Counted from the whole stretch's first letter, positions 24,140 to 38,650 are shown. The stretch: DNA of 63,513 nt, filler included, from Octopus bimaculoides (GCF_001194135.2; 5 parts of 5 records of this genome joined end to end with filler, not necessarily neighbours in it), one strand, 5' to 3'. The notes: a model not told the origin generated them from the sequence alone. Numbers and translations are program-made.

Positions 24140-25600
24140 TAGCATGGCTAGCAAATCTTCTTGAGTACTGTACATCACCAATAATCTTGGATCTTTATCA
24201 TATCTTCTGTTTCAGCACCATTGTATGTTCTTTTAGTAGCTCATCTCACATCTTCTAACGTTTCTTCTTTCATAGCTCCTCTCTGCAGTGAATGACCAGC
24301 ACTCCTTTATAAAACTGTCCCCATCTATATACATTACATAACCAAATCTATGTTGTCTTCTCACATGTGTACTATATCCCATTCCTCTTATACTCAGTTT
24401 TCCTCTCAACACATTTGTACTTCATTGATTATGCACCCTGAGATTGCACATCTAGTGGAGTATGCTTGCATCAATTTTCTCTAACCTCCACATTCAGAGC
24501 CCATGTCTCTCTACTATGTAGCATGGCAGTTCATACACAAACATTATACAATCTACCTTACATTCTGAGACAGAAATCTTTTGTTACCTTCAGAGGTAAG
24601 AGATGCCCAGACTTTGCAACCCTCTAGCTACTGTACGTTGAGAACATCCTCCTCATTGCAGATTAGATCATTCACATAACAGAAGCTATCTACTATCTCT
24701 GGGATCCAACTCAGTATTCAATGGCATCTATTTCCTGTGCTCTTGAAGTTTACTGCTTCAGTGCATATGCCATATATAAAGTCTGTTTTCTATGTTGACC
24801 TGTCTATGATCCTGCTACACCTTTTGTAAGTTCATAGTTTTCATTGGGAACACTGTACCAAATTTCTATGTACTCCATTTCTATATATCCAGCAAAGACT
24901 AAAGTATTAATTGATAGGAAAGCAGACAAGACTCGGTTATTACCTGGGTCCTGTCTGTTTTCCTACTAACTAATACTTTAGTCTTTAGTAAGTTAAGCTT
25001 GATGTATTTTGATTCCAGGTTCTGCTTCCAAGCCAGAAAGTTTTTCTGACAACAGATTCAGCTATAAGAACAAAGTCATTAGTATATAAGAGTTCTATTA
25101 GGAATCCAGTTTTAAACTTCCTTGTTATGACCAAAAGGACTCTGATAAATAGAATACTGAGCACTGAGCTCTGATGGATCCATACTTCTACCCTATATTC
25201 ATCCCTTTATTCACTGCTTTCACTTTGCAGAAATCACCTCTGCACATGGACTTTATAATATTTTACAAGCCATTTCATCTACTTCTAGCTTCTAAAGGAA
25301 TCAGCAAATCACCAAACAAGGAACTCTGTTGAAGGCTTTATCCAAATTGACACATACTGTTCCTAAGTACAGTGGCTTACTAGAAACCAGGTGCTTCTCC
25401 AGTTGTCTCACTAGGAAGATAGCAACAATAGTACTTCTTCATACTACAAAACAAAACTGATATTCATCTAGGTTAACTTTCTCCTTAATAAATTGAGCTA
25501 TAGTTTTTCCTGTGACTTTCATAAGATGCTACATTAATTTGATACTCCTGTAATTACATCTCTCCAAGATATCCCATCTCTACCCATGTAACAGTTGTGG
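24140..25600 (-). mobile_element. RTE-clade LINE, 3' ~1.45 kb, heavily decayed
   Basis: Collinear remnants of the same RT region as 20395-20761, followed by EIVDSFCY and the C-terminal region ending ...DYW..VLKK. Many CpG-type stops. Confidence 0.85.
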
Positions 25601-25834
25601 CATTAATAACTAAATCGATTTATCTCAGAAATATCGAAGTTGAAATTAAAAGTAAAATGCATTTATTACCTTATATCGTTATTAAGTATATAAATAGCTC
25701 CAAATGTTTCAGCTGCATAAATGATTAATTCAATTCTACCATGTTATTTTAAGTACATATGTATCACTGTTAGTCACATCATTTTGTAGAGGAGAACGTT
25801 TTGTAGTAAAATCTATTCTTTTATTCTTTTATTC

Positions 25835-26064
25835 TGTTACTTGTTTCAGTCATTTGACTGCAGCCATACTGGAGCACTGCCTTCAGTCGAACAAATCGAT
25901 GTATTCTTTGCAACCCTAGTACTTTATTCTATAGGTCTATTTTGCTGAACCACTATGTTATGGATACATAAACACACCAATATTTGGTTGTCAAGTGATG
26001 GTTGGGGGGGGGGAGACAAGCCCAGACACACAAATACATACAATCACACACACACACACATATG

Positions 26065-26095
<31 letters not shown>
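25835..26095 (-). mobile_element. S1 SINE 3' half, decayed, ending in (TA)n and a gap
   Basis: TTACTTGTTTCAGTCATTTGACTGCAGCCATACTGGAGCAC matches the S1 tail. Confidence 0.8.
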
Positions 26096-26096
<1 letters not shown>

Positions 26097-26903
26097 NNNN
26101 NNNNNNNNNNNNNNNNNNNNNNNNNNNNNNNNNNNNNNNNNNNNNNNNNNNNNNNNNNNNNNNNNNNNNNNNNNNNNNNNNNNNNNNNNNNNNNNNNNNN
26201 NNNNNNNNNNNNNNNNNNNNNNNNNNNNNNNNNNNNNNNNNNNNNNNNNNNNNNNNNNNNNNNNNNNNNNNNNNNNNNNNNNNNNNNNNNNNNNNNNNNN
26301 NNNNNNNNNNNNNNNNNNNNNNNNNNNNNNNNNNNNNNNNNNNNNNNNNNNNNNNNNNNNNNNNNNNNNNNNNNNNNNNNNNNNNNNNNNNNNNNNNNNN
26401 NNNNNNNNNNNNNNNNNNNNNNNNNNNNNNNNNNNNNNNNNNNNNNNNNNNNNNNNNNNNNNNNNNNNNNNNNNNNNNNNNNNNNNNNNNNNNNNNNNNN
26501 NNNNNNNNNNNNNNNNNNNNNNNNNNNNNNNNNNNNNNNNNNNNNNNNNNNNNNNNNNNNNNNNNNNNNNNNNNNNNNNNNNNNNNNNNNNNNNNNNNNN
26601 NNNNNNNNNNNNNNNNNNNNTGCGTACTGGGGTTGATCTAATCTACTGGTCCCTCCCCCAAAATTTTGGGACTTGTGACTAAAGTAAAAAAGAATATTCT
26701 TTAACAATTTTTGTTTAATAGTTTTATATTCTGAGTGTGGAATTTGAACCCAGAATGTATCGAAGGGCAAAATACGGCTAAGCATTTCGTCCAGTGCACT
26801 AATGATTCTGCTAGCTTGCCACCTTTTGTTATTATTATCATTATTATTATTATTATTATCATTATTATTATTATTATTATTAATAATAATAATAATAATA
26901 ATG

Positions 26904-26934
<31 letters not shown>

Positions 26935-27399
26935 TGATGATGTATAGGTGGCTATTTAGCAAAAATCCAAAAGGCAAACTGCACCACAACATCAAGAATC
27001 ACTATTAACAACTACTAATACTACTACTACTACCAGTAACGCCAATGTTGACTCAATTAGCTATGACATTGAAAATTAACACAGCGTGTTGGCTATTTTT
27101 TTCCTTTTGCTTTCCTTATTTCATTAGCATGTTAACTAACTTTCAGTGCTTGTAGCTAATCAAGTCAATTTTGACACCTATTTCTAGCAAAACTAGTGCT
27201 ATCTAGTATGCTAACACCAACCCACTACACTCGCAGACTGGTTGGTGTTAAGAAGGGCATTCAGCTGTAGAATTATTGCCAGATCAGATTGAAGCCTGGT
27301 GTGGCCTCCTGGCTTGCCAGTCCCCAGTCAAACCGTCCAACCCATGCCAGCATGGAAAACAGATGATAAACGATGATGATGATGATATATGTGTATATA

Positions 27400-28105
27400 T
27401 AAAAACTGGCATTCCATCAGTTATGATGGTGAGTGTTCCAGTTGACCTGATCAATGGAATAGCCTACTCACGAAATTAATGGGCAAGTGGTTGAGCACTC
27501 CACAGACATGTATACCCTTAACTCTTTAGTATTCACATTATTCTGTGGAAAGTAAAGGCTGTGAGCTGGCAGAACTGTTATCACACTAGGCAAAATGTTT
27601 TGTGGTATTTTGTCTGTCTTTATGTTGAGTTCAAATTCCACTGAGGTTGACTTTGCCTTTCATCCTTTCAGGGTCGATAAATTAAGTACCCCTGCCCCAC
27701 CAAAAATTTCAGGCCTTGTGCCTATAGTAGAAAGCAGTATTCTGTCAAAAGTAATACTTCTTTATTCACTTTGTTTTGAATTAATTGTGCATTATTTTGT
27801 AGCTTTGAGATTTTGATGAAGTAAATATTAATTTTTTGGATGATATTATAGGGTAGCTGTCTGGCCACTTTGAACATGAAACAGGTAGAATATTTTAGCT
27901 GGATATGGCCAGTTTAAATGCTAAAAGGTTAAAGTAGTTCTCAGCGAGATTCAGCATGACACAGACTGTGACAAGGCAAGTACGGCTCATTTTTGCCAGC
28001 TGAGTGGACTGGAGCAACATGAAATAAGGGACTCAATGCACAGCCAGAAATTGAACTCACAACCATACAATCATGAGCCGAATACACTAACAACTCTACC
28101 ATGTG
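27400..28105 (-). mobile_element. Three-layer nest: S5 SINE split by a piggyBac-like MITE (27518-27932), which carries an S2 SINE (~27547-27737)
   Basis: TTAA at 27518-27521 and 27929-27932 duplicates the S5 site TACCCTTAA(C)GTAGTTCTC; TATTCTGT at 27539-27546 and 27738-27745 flanks the S2 copy. Confidence 0.8.
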
Positions 28106-28781
28106 CCTTCTATATGTATATATACATACATGTGTGTGTGTATGTGTGTGAGCACATGTATATGTTAGAATATTCATACATTCACATCATGGAAAATCTG
28201 AGGAAGCTATATGTTGTCATTTTGTTTAATCCCCCCATGTTCTGATGCATTCCATCCATAACCATCCAATCTTATTTTTGAGACATATTTTATCCAAGAC
28301 TACATTGAAATGTATCTTTTATTCCTTTTCAGCAGGTAGGTGGAATTTGACATGGATCCAGCTGATAATTCTAGCAGATGAAATAACCGTATAGAAACTC
28401 TTTCAATGGCAATTTGGCTTGTAAGTAAATTACATTGATAATGTATGCAATGACAGAATATGGGGGTTTGTATCTCGTCAAACATTGCTGTTTGATACCC
28501 ATGGCCAATATACTTAACTCTCCTTAACTTATTCCTCCTGGGTCTGTACTATATCAAGTGGTTACCCAATGATTCAACAGATTTATGGAACTCACTGTCA
28601 CTTTCAGGATTACCTTCACTACATATATGTGAGTGTCGTGGCGTGTGCGAGTGTGTGTGTGTGTGTGTGTGTGTGTGAGCTTATATGCTAAGCACACACA
28701 CAAACACATACATACATATATGCACACACACCTACGTATAAATATATATATGCATATACAGATACTCATTATATATTATAT

Positions 28782-28836
<55 letters not shown>

Positions 28837-29008
28837 NNNNNNNNNNNNNNNNNNNNNNNNNNNNNNNNNNNNNNNNNNNNNNNNNNNNNNNNNNNNNNNN
28901 NNNNNNNNNNNNNNNNNNNNNNNNNNNNNNNNNNNNNNNNNNNNNNNNNNNNNNNNNNNNNNNNNNNNNNNNNNNNNNNNNNNNNNNNNNNNNNNNNNNN
29001 NNNNNNNN

Positions 29009-29068
<60 letters not shown>

Positions 29069-29879
29069 GGGATATGTATGAACATATACATATTGCTCAA
29101 TGTGTAGCCAAATTTGATATATAGATGATATGGTGCTTACTCTTAACTTTCAGGCAATGAATCATATTCTACACATCACTTCCAAAGATTTCGATCAATA
29201 ATTCCAACAGCTCTTTGCATACATCTAAACATTTTTCTTCAATAAAGCAGCGACTGCAACTGGCTTCACTCGGTTGCATTGAAAGTGCATGATCAATGTA
29301 ATAATAATAATAATGACGATGATCGTATTGATGACGATGACAATAATGCTGCTGCTGCTGCTGATGATGATGATGATGATAACAACAAAAACAGTAACAA
29401 CAATGGTAATAGAAAAATACAGTAATTATTTATGCATTGAACTCATGACATGAATCGAAGGACTTTTTACTTTGAGTCTTTGATCTTGCAGTGTTGCATC
29501 CAAACTGCTAATACTTCTTCTGTAATCACTATTACCAATTGTGCAGCCATCACCATTTGGCACCGCCAGCAGCAACACTACACCTCCCCATTCACCACAC
29601 CTCCGCCTACAGGAATAAAAATGATAAAAAAAAAACCCACAAGACAAAAGGCGACCACTGATACTATCGGCATTGACTCCATTTCCATGGCTTCCTCCTT
29701 CCTCTGCTGGTTCCAGTCCATCTATACATCATTAGCATCGGCCATCTAATGCTACTAATCCACCCCTCCACCTTCCTAACATAAATGAGACTAAAGCCCT
29801 ACCTCCCAACACCGATACTACACTGGATATAAAAAGAAAAAAGAAAAAAAATATATATATATAAGAAATAAATAACAAC

Positions 29880-29977
29880 AATTGTACTAACAATCACTAT
29901 GACAACTGCACCACAACATCAAGAATTACTATTAACAACTACCACTACCACTAACACTAATATTACTGCTGCTGCTG

Positions 29978-30013
<36 letters not shown>

Positions 30014-30960
30014 ACGTCACAAGTCTCATCACAGCTGTGGTTGTGACAATAGCCAATACTAAGATCATTGGTTCTATCCTTACTTTCTTCACCATTGAAA
30101 CCACATACCTTGTCACGACAACCAATATCGCCAACACAATCATAATCACTGCCATTACCAGAGCCACCGCTATCGCAGCCACCACTGCCACTACTACCAA
30201 CACTATTATAATCCAAACCCCTAACACTGTCACTACCATTGCCATAACTATCAACTCTAGCACTATCATAACTACTACCATTACCACCAATAATACCACT
30301 GACACTACCATAACCACAACCACTACCACATCTTACCACCACTACCATCATTATTACTACCACCACCGCCACCTCTACAACCATAACCATAACCACTATC
30401 ACCACCACCACCACTATCACCGACACTACCATAACCACTATCACTACCACCACCACTACCACTACCACTCCCACAATCACTATCACTACCACCAACACTA
30501 CTACAACCACAACCACTATCACTACCACTATCACTACCACTAACACTACCACAACTACCACCAACACTACCATAACCACCACCACTACCAACACAAATAT
30601 CATCACATCAACCACTACTACAACCATCACTACAACCATAACTGCTAGCTCTACCTCTACCACCAATAAGACCACCACTATCACCCAGGCTATCATCATC
30701 ACAATCGTTGTTAGGATTACTAAGTCAACCTTCACTTCTGCTATGACCATTCTTGCCATCACCATCACTAATACCACCCCCATTATCACTGTCACTACCA
30801 CCACAACTGCTACCACTATCCCCACCACTACATACCACCATCACTATGAAGACTATCACCATTACTGCTATTTCTACTACCACTATCATCGTTACCTCCA
30901 CAGCACAACAAAACAACAACACCAACAATACCAACAACACAATAACAATATTGATAACAA
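29880..30960. repeat. ~1.1-kb degenerate (ACT/ACC/CAT)n low-complexity tract
   Basis: Cryptic trinucleotide repeats producing Thr-, His- and Val-rich ORFs on both strands. Confidence 0.85.
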
Positions 30961-31520
30961 TGGCGGCAAGCTAGCAGAAGAAATGTTAGCTCACCAGGCG
31001 AAATGCTTAGCGGTATTTTGTCTGTCTTTATGTTCTGAGTTCAAATTCTGCTGAGGTCGACTTTGCCTTTCATCCTTTCAGGGTCACTGAGACCCCCTTC
31101 GGTCATGACTGACCATGGGATTGCGCCTAGAAAGTTACCCTCCCAGGCACCTGTCCGGGCAAGGTTGTTTATGGAAGACCAGCAGTCGCCCATGCATACT
31201 GGTCTCCTCTCTCCAAACCACCAGAGTTATCCAAGGGAAAGGAAAAGGCCACAGCTTGGCATCTGTGATGTCACAACTCATTTGTACAGCTGAGTGAACT
31301 GGAGCAACGTGAAATAAGGTGTCTTGCTCAAGAACACAACACACAGCCTGGTCTGGGATTTGAACTCACAACCTCACAATTGTAAGCTCGACGCCCTAAC
31401 TACTGAGTAATGCGCCTTCACGCCCTTTCAGGGTTGATAAATTAAATACCAGTTGGATACTGAGGTCGATCTTATCGACTGACCTTCTCCCCACAAAAAA
31501 ATTTCGGGCATTGTGCCTGG
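30960..31520. mobile_element. S2 SINE (+) split by a minus-strand SINE of another family (31085-31405)
   Basis: The S2 core CCTTTCAGGG(T) appears on both sides of the insert (31074 and 31424). The insert has a B-box head near 31355-31395 on the minus strand. Confidence 0.7.
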
Positions 31521-32531
31521 AGGAGAAAAGAATATTGAAAACAACAATGAGGGAGGCTTCTAAGTAGTCATTCGATTTCCTGGATATAGCAGCCAAATCT
31601 CCTTCAGATCATGCCTATTCTATTGGCAAAAGAAAAATACCACATTAGATAATGTAGACCTGCATGTCTTTAAATGAAATGGGAGAGTCAGATTCCAGTC
31701 TGGTTTGGCTTGGTTTCTATGGCTAGATGCCCTTCCTAACACCCACCACTCTGAGAGTGTAATAGGTGCTTTTTATGGACCCATGATGATAATGGTGATG
31801 TGTGTGTGTGGGGGGGGAGTGTGCGAGTGTGTGATACAGTTATATTACATTGGCACACATTCAATAACACACATAGGTACACATTTAATCACGCACGCAC
31901 ACACATGTATTCCTGGGGGGAAAGGCAATGTCTGATACAACTTGGCAACCAGTCACCTTACAAATATTACCATCAGAACTCACAAAGCTTTAGCAATTCT
32001 GCTAATCCACTGCACTAAACTCCTAGTTTAATGTGTGTAGAGAGGAGAGATATATTCTTCAATACATATATTTATGCATTCATACAAACACATGCATTAT
32101 GTATCTCTCTACCTAGCTTTTAAAAATACCTTATGCATGAATTCTAAACAGCTTTGTACCGTACTGATACATGCTATAGACAAATCAAAAATTTCCTTTT
32201 GTTTAATGTGTATCTCACATTCAATGTTTTTTGTCATTGCAAATCAATTTATTTATTTTTTATTTGAAAATTCCTCGGAGTTGAATGTCTGAGAACCTTG
32301 TAGTATATAATACTGTTACATGGTTCAATCAAATCAAAAAGTTTCCTTTTGGTAACGTGCATTGCATATTCAATGGTTTTATTTTGTATAAATACACACA
32401 CACACACACACACACACACAAGTGTATATGTATATACAAGATCACTTGATTAATTTCTTTTATTGCATGAGAATAACTAAAACATGAAACTCAGAGATGC
32501 AATTTCAGAATTTTCAGCTTAAAATAAATTC

Positions 32532-32592
<61 letters not shown>

Positions 32593-33176
32593 NNNNNNNN
32601 NNCACACACACACACACACAACCACACACACACACCATTTTTGTTATTTATATATTATATAAAATACACTACACACACGCGTGCACACACACACACACAC
32701 GCATGCACACACACACACACACTCATAAACAATCACAAACACAACACAAAGTGTAAGTGCTTGACAAGATGTTTTGTTGTACTTGCTATGGTCTGGTACA
32801 TCTTGAGCTCAAATCCTATCTCCTCTTATTGGAAGAATATGTCTTCTAGGACTTGGGAAAAATGACGTCAGGCTTGGGAAACCCTTAAATAAGTGCTTGA
32901 GTATTTCAGGAGAGAATACACTCAATGACTGAACAAATGTTAACAATATATTGAGTCCTCCTTAAGTGCAACTGGAATCAAAATACAACACTTGGTTAGG
33001 TATTCATGACAAGGCTAACACAGGCGAAGTTAACCTGGATGGATGAGGGCAACAAAACCTCTCTAAAGCACAGGGAAACTCAGCATGGAGTAAACGACTA
33101 CCAAGTAATTGTCTGGGTAGGTGAGTATTACTCTGGAAAATTTCAAAAGGAGAAACCTAGGTGCTGTAAGCAGCTA

Positions 33177-33213
<37 letters not shown>

Positions 33214-33544
33214 TGCAGGCGTGGCTGCATGGTAAGAAGTTTGCTTCCTAACCACATGGTTGTAATTATAGTTCTTAAATCTGACTGAAAGAAGCTGGTT
33301 GGTGAGTTGGTATAATCAGTAGTACATTTAATCATGTAAACAAAGAGGTGTTGGTTCGAGTCCCACGCATACAGGAAAAGCTACTTTTTTCTGTCAAGAG
33401 CTTATATGCTCCATTATTATACTCTTTTCTTTACTCACTGTGCAGTGATCACTATAAGATTTAAGCTTATAAAATATTACTATTATTATAATTTACAGAA
33501 TATGTATATATATATATACACACATATATATGCCTAGTTTAGAA

Positions 33545-33790
33545 TAGAGGCAGCTGATGAAGGAAAAGTTCCATACGTGGCTTGTCTGTTCTCCTATGTG
33601 TTCATTCTGTTGTCTGTAAAAAAAGTCCATTTTTTGTGCTTTGTTTATGTTCCCGTTCCCTTTTTGTCCACGTTATTTGACGTCCTGTACCCTGATATGC
33701 ATCTATATATACATGTAGATGTAGGTATGTACATATATGTATGTATACATGCATATGCTCATATATCATTTGTATTATTATATATATATG
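33545..33790 (+). mobile_element. Unclassified repeat 3' end abutting (TA)n; homologous to 46190-46340 (-)
   Basis: GCTGATGAAGG...GTGGCTTGT...GTCCTGTACCC(T/G)GAT...GTAGATGTAGGTATG shared by both copies. Confidence 0.65.
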
Positions 33791-33838
<48 letters not shown>

Positions 33839-33908
33839 NNNNNNNNNNNNNNNNNNNNNNNNNNNNNNNNNNNNNNNNNNNNNNNNNNNNNNNNNNNNNN
33901 NNNNNACA

Positions 33909-33956
<48 letters not shown>

Positions 33957-33958
<2 letters not shown>

Positions 33959-35240
33959 AGGAGTGCTCATTAAAGATTTCTCCTGAACTACTTCTGGTCA
34001 TTGCAGGAAATGGAACTTGTACAAGTATAATCATACATGTAACATTGTAAATTGCAGCTTTCCACTAGTATTCGTTTGTGTTTTACAGCTGCTGAAGTTG
34101 GCTATAGTGTTATAATGGAGGCAGTTTGAATGCAGATCAGTGATTAAGTTCTTATACTTGAAAGGTCATACACCAAATGAGACATTCAATGAGATGGAAG
34201 AAGTTTATGGACACAATGCACCATCATACAACATGGTAATTCACGGGCATTGCCAGTTCAACTGTGGTTGGACACTGGTGGAAACTGCTCCTATTCCTAG
34301 ATGACTACATTCCATCATTGATGATGACACCATCCATAAAGTGGAAGCTGCCATTTTGGAGGATCGTCGCATAACTATTTGGCAACTAGCCCAAGAAGTG
34401 GAGATAAGTGTAGAGTTTGTGGCAAAAATCATTAATGATTATTTGCACATGTGGAAGTTGTCTGCACGATGGATTCCCCAGATGCTCATATCATTTACGA
34501 AACAGGAGCAAGTCAATTATTCACAGGCTCTTTTGGCAATGTGCCATGAAAACAAAGAGTACTTTTTCAGCAGACATATCACACAGGATGAAACATGAAT
34601 CCATCACAATGATCCTGAGACTAAAATCCAGTTGAAGCAATGGAAGCATGATAACTCACCACCTCTAAAGAAGGCTCATGTCCAACTCTCAGTAGGCAAG
34701 GTGATGCTTTCAGTCTTTTCACACCAGCATGGAGTTGTGGTGATGGATATCCTGGCAAAGGGCACCACACTTAATGGGGCATATTATGCTTCTCTGCTAC
34801 TGAAATTGCAGGATGCTACCAAAGCAGAGAGGTGTGGTATGCTGACAAAAAGAGTCTGCCTTCTCCAAGACAACGCCCCAGTTCACAATGCACATATTAC
34901 CCAGATGAAGCTCACTACTGTGGCTATGAAATCCTTCCTCATCTCCCTTACTCTCCTGACTTCACACCATCTGACATCCATCTCTTTCCAACCATGAAGT
35001 CTATTTTGAAGGGGAAACACTTTTCGGATGATGATAAACTTATTTCTGAGGTAAAGTCTTGGCTCCAGATGCAACCAACTGACTTCTACAGACGAGGTTT
35101 TCACAGCTGCATAAAGCAATGAGAGAAATGTATCCCCATTGGTGGTGGCTGTGTAAAGAAGGACTAATAATTATGCCAAGTTTCATTTATCCCAGTCCTT
35201 GGGAAGTGGGTCAGGGGAAATCTTCAATGAACACTCCTCA
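33957..35240 (+). mobile_element. Full-length mariner transposon (~1.28 kb) with a pseudogenised transposase
   Basis: TIRs CAAGGAGTGCTCATTAAAGATTTCTCCTGA / TCAGGGGAAATCTTCAATGAACACTCCTCA with TA TSD. Motifs LSARWIP, ITQDET, QDNAPVH and PYSPDFTPSD (DDD triad). Stops and frameshifts present. Confidence 0.95.
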
Positions 35241-36454
35241 TATATATATTTACTTGTTTCAGTCCTTTGACTGTCATTATGATGGAGTACCACCTTAAAG
35301 GGTTTTAGGCTTTAGTAAAAAAAATCAACTCCAGGATTTATTCTTTGTAAGCCTAATACTTATTTTATTGGTCTCTTTTGCTGAACCACCAAGTTACAGG
35401 TCATAAACACACCAACATCGATTGTCAAGTAATGGTGGTGGGGACAAACACAGACAAGAAGACACACACACATAAATATATACATACATATATGCAATGG
35501 GGTTCTTTCAGTTTCCCTCTACCAAATCCGCTTACAAGGCTTTAGTCGACTCGAGGCTATAGTAGAAGTCATTTGCCCAGTGTACTACATAGTGTGACTG
35601 AACCATGTGGTTGAGAAGTAAGCTTCTCACTACACACCCACGCCTGTACCTATACACACACACATACACACAGAAGTATACGTGTGATTGTGTGTTTCCT
35701 TGCTTTGACATAGCCTGATCATTGTAAATGACTGTTGCCCTCATGCAAGCACTGTCCATCATTTCTAACCCTCTGTGAAAATATGTTTGGTCTAGAGGAT
35801 ATATTACCTTACTTGGAAACAGGTAAAGGGTTAGCAACAGGAAGGGTTCCTGCCCATAGAAAATCTACCTCAACAAACTCTATTCAGCCTATGGAAGCAT
35901 GGAAAAGGGGACATTAAAACTATGGTGATGATGATGATGATGACAATGATGTGAATATATGCATACATACATACATACATACATACATATGTGTGTGTGT
36001 GAGTATGTGTAAAATAATTTATTCATAGTCTCTAAAATACCACTTCATATAACTTTTGCATTGAAACATGTATCTTCATAATTTACCAGGTTGAATGGCA
36101 CCATTTAATGTATGGATTAGTAGAATCATTAGTGGGTCAGAAAAATGCTTATGGTATTTATGGTCTTTCATGCTTTAAATTCAAATCCTGCCAAAGACAA
36201 CTTTGCTTTCCATTCTTCAGGAATTAATTAAAAATATAGTACCAGTCAAGTACTGAAGTCAGTTTAATATTCCTGTAAATCATCTCTACATCACTGTCAT
36301 TATATCAGAAGAGAAATGATTTATATCTAATAGACTGAGTGCCAGTTGCAGCTAAAAATTGTACTATTTGGAATTTGAATTTAAAAAAAAATAACAATTA
36401 ATATCAAATATGTTGTAACAAAATAAGAATATTAATTGTTGATTAATGAGTGAT

Positions 36455-36640
36455 GTTTGAGACATTTGGAGGAACTGGGCCGCTAACAATGAATTCTTGT
36501 CATCATTGGCAGCTCGCCTCGCCAAGGTGTCAGGTGTTGCCATTGAGGGAATTTGGCTGTTCCAGTGTTTTAACTTCCCCGTTACCAGTGCTAATGCCAT
36601 GAGCATGCTGGCTTGCTTTAGGAGGTTCCACTGAACCTTG
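36455..36640 (+). mobile_element. CRE-clade-like non-LTR retrotransposon C-terminal REL fragment
   Basis: ETFGGTGP..EFLSSLAARLAKVSGVAIEGIWLFQCFNFPVTSANAMSMLA matches the ETxGxxGPxAxxFL...WLFQRLSxAVxRGNAxSIL pattern (one frameshift). Confidence 0.65.
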
Positions 36641-37814
36641 TGGTGTGCGACCATTTCAAACATTTGGTGCTGTATTCTTGTATTTTGTTCTTACTCCCCC
36701 TTTTTAATTTTTTCTTTCTCCCTTTTTGTAAAATATATTCCCGTTCATATTTTGAATAAACTCTAAAGCAGTAGAATATTGTACCAATGCCATGTTATTA
36801 AGTCCTCACCCTGTATACCTGCTTCCAGATAGACCTGCACTCATACATTCAACTACTCATCTATCTTTTCCTTTTCTCCCCACTTAATACCTCAACCCTG
36901 GAAAAGCATCAGTTTAATACCTTATTTGTTTAAATTGATTTTCCCTACCTTGTTCATGTTATATTTCATCATATGTATTATAGTTTCACTATTCATACAT
37001 ACATGCATGTATATGTTTGTGTATATATATGTATGTATATGTATGTATATGTGTGTGTGTATATATGTATGTATATATATGGGTGTGTGTGTGTGTGTAG
37101 ATATATATATATATATATTAATATAAATAATATATATATATATATGCATATATACTTATATATATGTACGTACTTACATATATATGTATATACATATGCA
37201 TATATGGGTACAGGATGTCATAAAATGTAAACAACATGAAATATGAATACGAAAACATGGAATACGAACTTTTTTTTTTAAACGATCTTAAGATATATTA
37301 ATTACCTAACTGTTAAACTGTCATATTTTATATATTTACATATATTTTTTAATACAGTTTTATTTTAAACATACATATTTTCTTGAAAAATTTTTTTATA
37401 ATAATTTTCATGCTCTTATTTCAAAATAAAGTATGTATAATCACCCGTATTAAATGTCTAAATACTTTATAGTATTAATAATTTTGATACTTATATACAA
37501 AGAGCACTCATTTTAAATTCAGTATATAATATTCTCACAGAATATATTTAATTAATGATATATGTATGTGTGTGGGTGTCTGAGTGTGTGTGCGTGTGTG
37601 TGTGTGTGTGTGTGTATATNNNNNNNNNNTTTAGTGAATGGAGTAAAACGCATATATTAACTGCATACTTTTATTTCCAACTTATGTTTCGTAGATTACA
37701 AATTATACCTTCCATAGGAATCAGTGATATTTAGAATGTAATCTTCTCTTCAGAGGCCATTGTGCCTCCACTATATGTACATATATCAATATGCAAACAC
37801 ATACATATACATAC

Positions 37815-37865
<51 letters not shown>

Positions 37866-38152
37866 NNNNNNNNNNNNNNNNNNNNNNNNNNNNNNNNNNN
37901 NNNNNNNNNNNNNNNNNNNNNNNNNNNNNNNNNNNNNNNNNNNNNNNNNNNNNNNNNNNNNNNNNNNNNNNNNNNNNNNNNNNNNNNNNNNNNNNNNNNN
38001 NNNNNNNNNNNNNNNNNNNNNNNNNNNNNNNNNNNNNNNNNNNNNNNNNNNNNNNNNNNNNNNNNNNNNNNNNNNNNNNNNNNNNNNNNNNNNNNNNNNN
38101 NNNNNNNNNNNNNNNNNNNNNNNNNNNNNNNNNNNNNNNNNNNNNNNNNNNN

Positions 38153-38185
<33 letters not shown>

Positions 38186-38214
38186 TATACATATATATAT
38201 CCCACAGCAGAATG

Positions 38215-38650
38215 TTAAGACCGATTCTGCTGGTGATGTAAAGCACTCATAGCAGTGCTGCATAAAAGCACCCGTGTGGTGCCATGTAAAAGCACTCATG
38301 CAGTGCTGCATAAAAGCACCTGTGCAGTGTCATGCAGAAGTGCCTGTGCAGTACTGTGTGAAAGCATCTGTGTGGTGTCATTTAAAAGTGCCCCATGATG
38401 GGTCGCCTAAAAGTACCCATGCGGAATCATCTAAAAGTGCCTGTGCAGTGTCACATAAAAGCGCCTGTGCAGTGCCACGTGGAAGACCCAGCACACTCTG
38501 TAAAATGGCTGGCATTAAAAAAGGTATCCAGCGACAGAAACCATGCCAAATCAGACTGGAGTCTAGTGCAGCTCCCCAGCTCGCCAGCTCTGGTCAAACT
38601 GTTTAAAGCAAGCTAGCATGGACAACAAAAGTTAAATGATGATAATGATG

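Noticed and set aside
28333-28420. Plus-strand exon with strong acceptor (CCTTTTCAG) and donor (GTAAGT)
   Set aside because: All three frames contain stops; at most a non-coding exon, and unsupported.
29899-30828. Thr-rich mucin-like or His-rich protein ORFs
   Set aside because: Open on both strands and in several frames because of trinucleotide low complexity; no splice or domain evidence.
33000-33120. Plus-strand exon VFMTRLTQAKLTWMDEG...VIVWV with a GTGAGT donor
   Set aside because: Weak acceptor and no recognisable homology; within chance expectation.
33555-33575. CTGATGA here, at ~46331 and at ~57857 as further hammerheads
   Set aside because: No helix II followed by GAAA.
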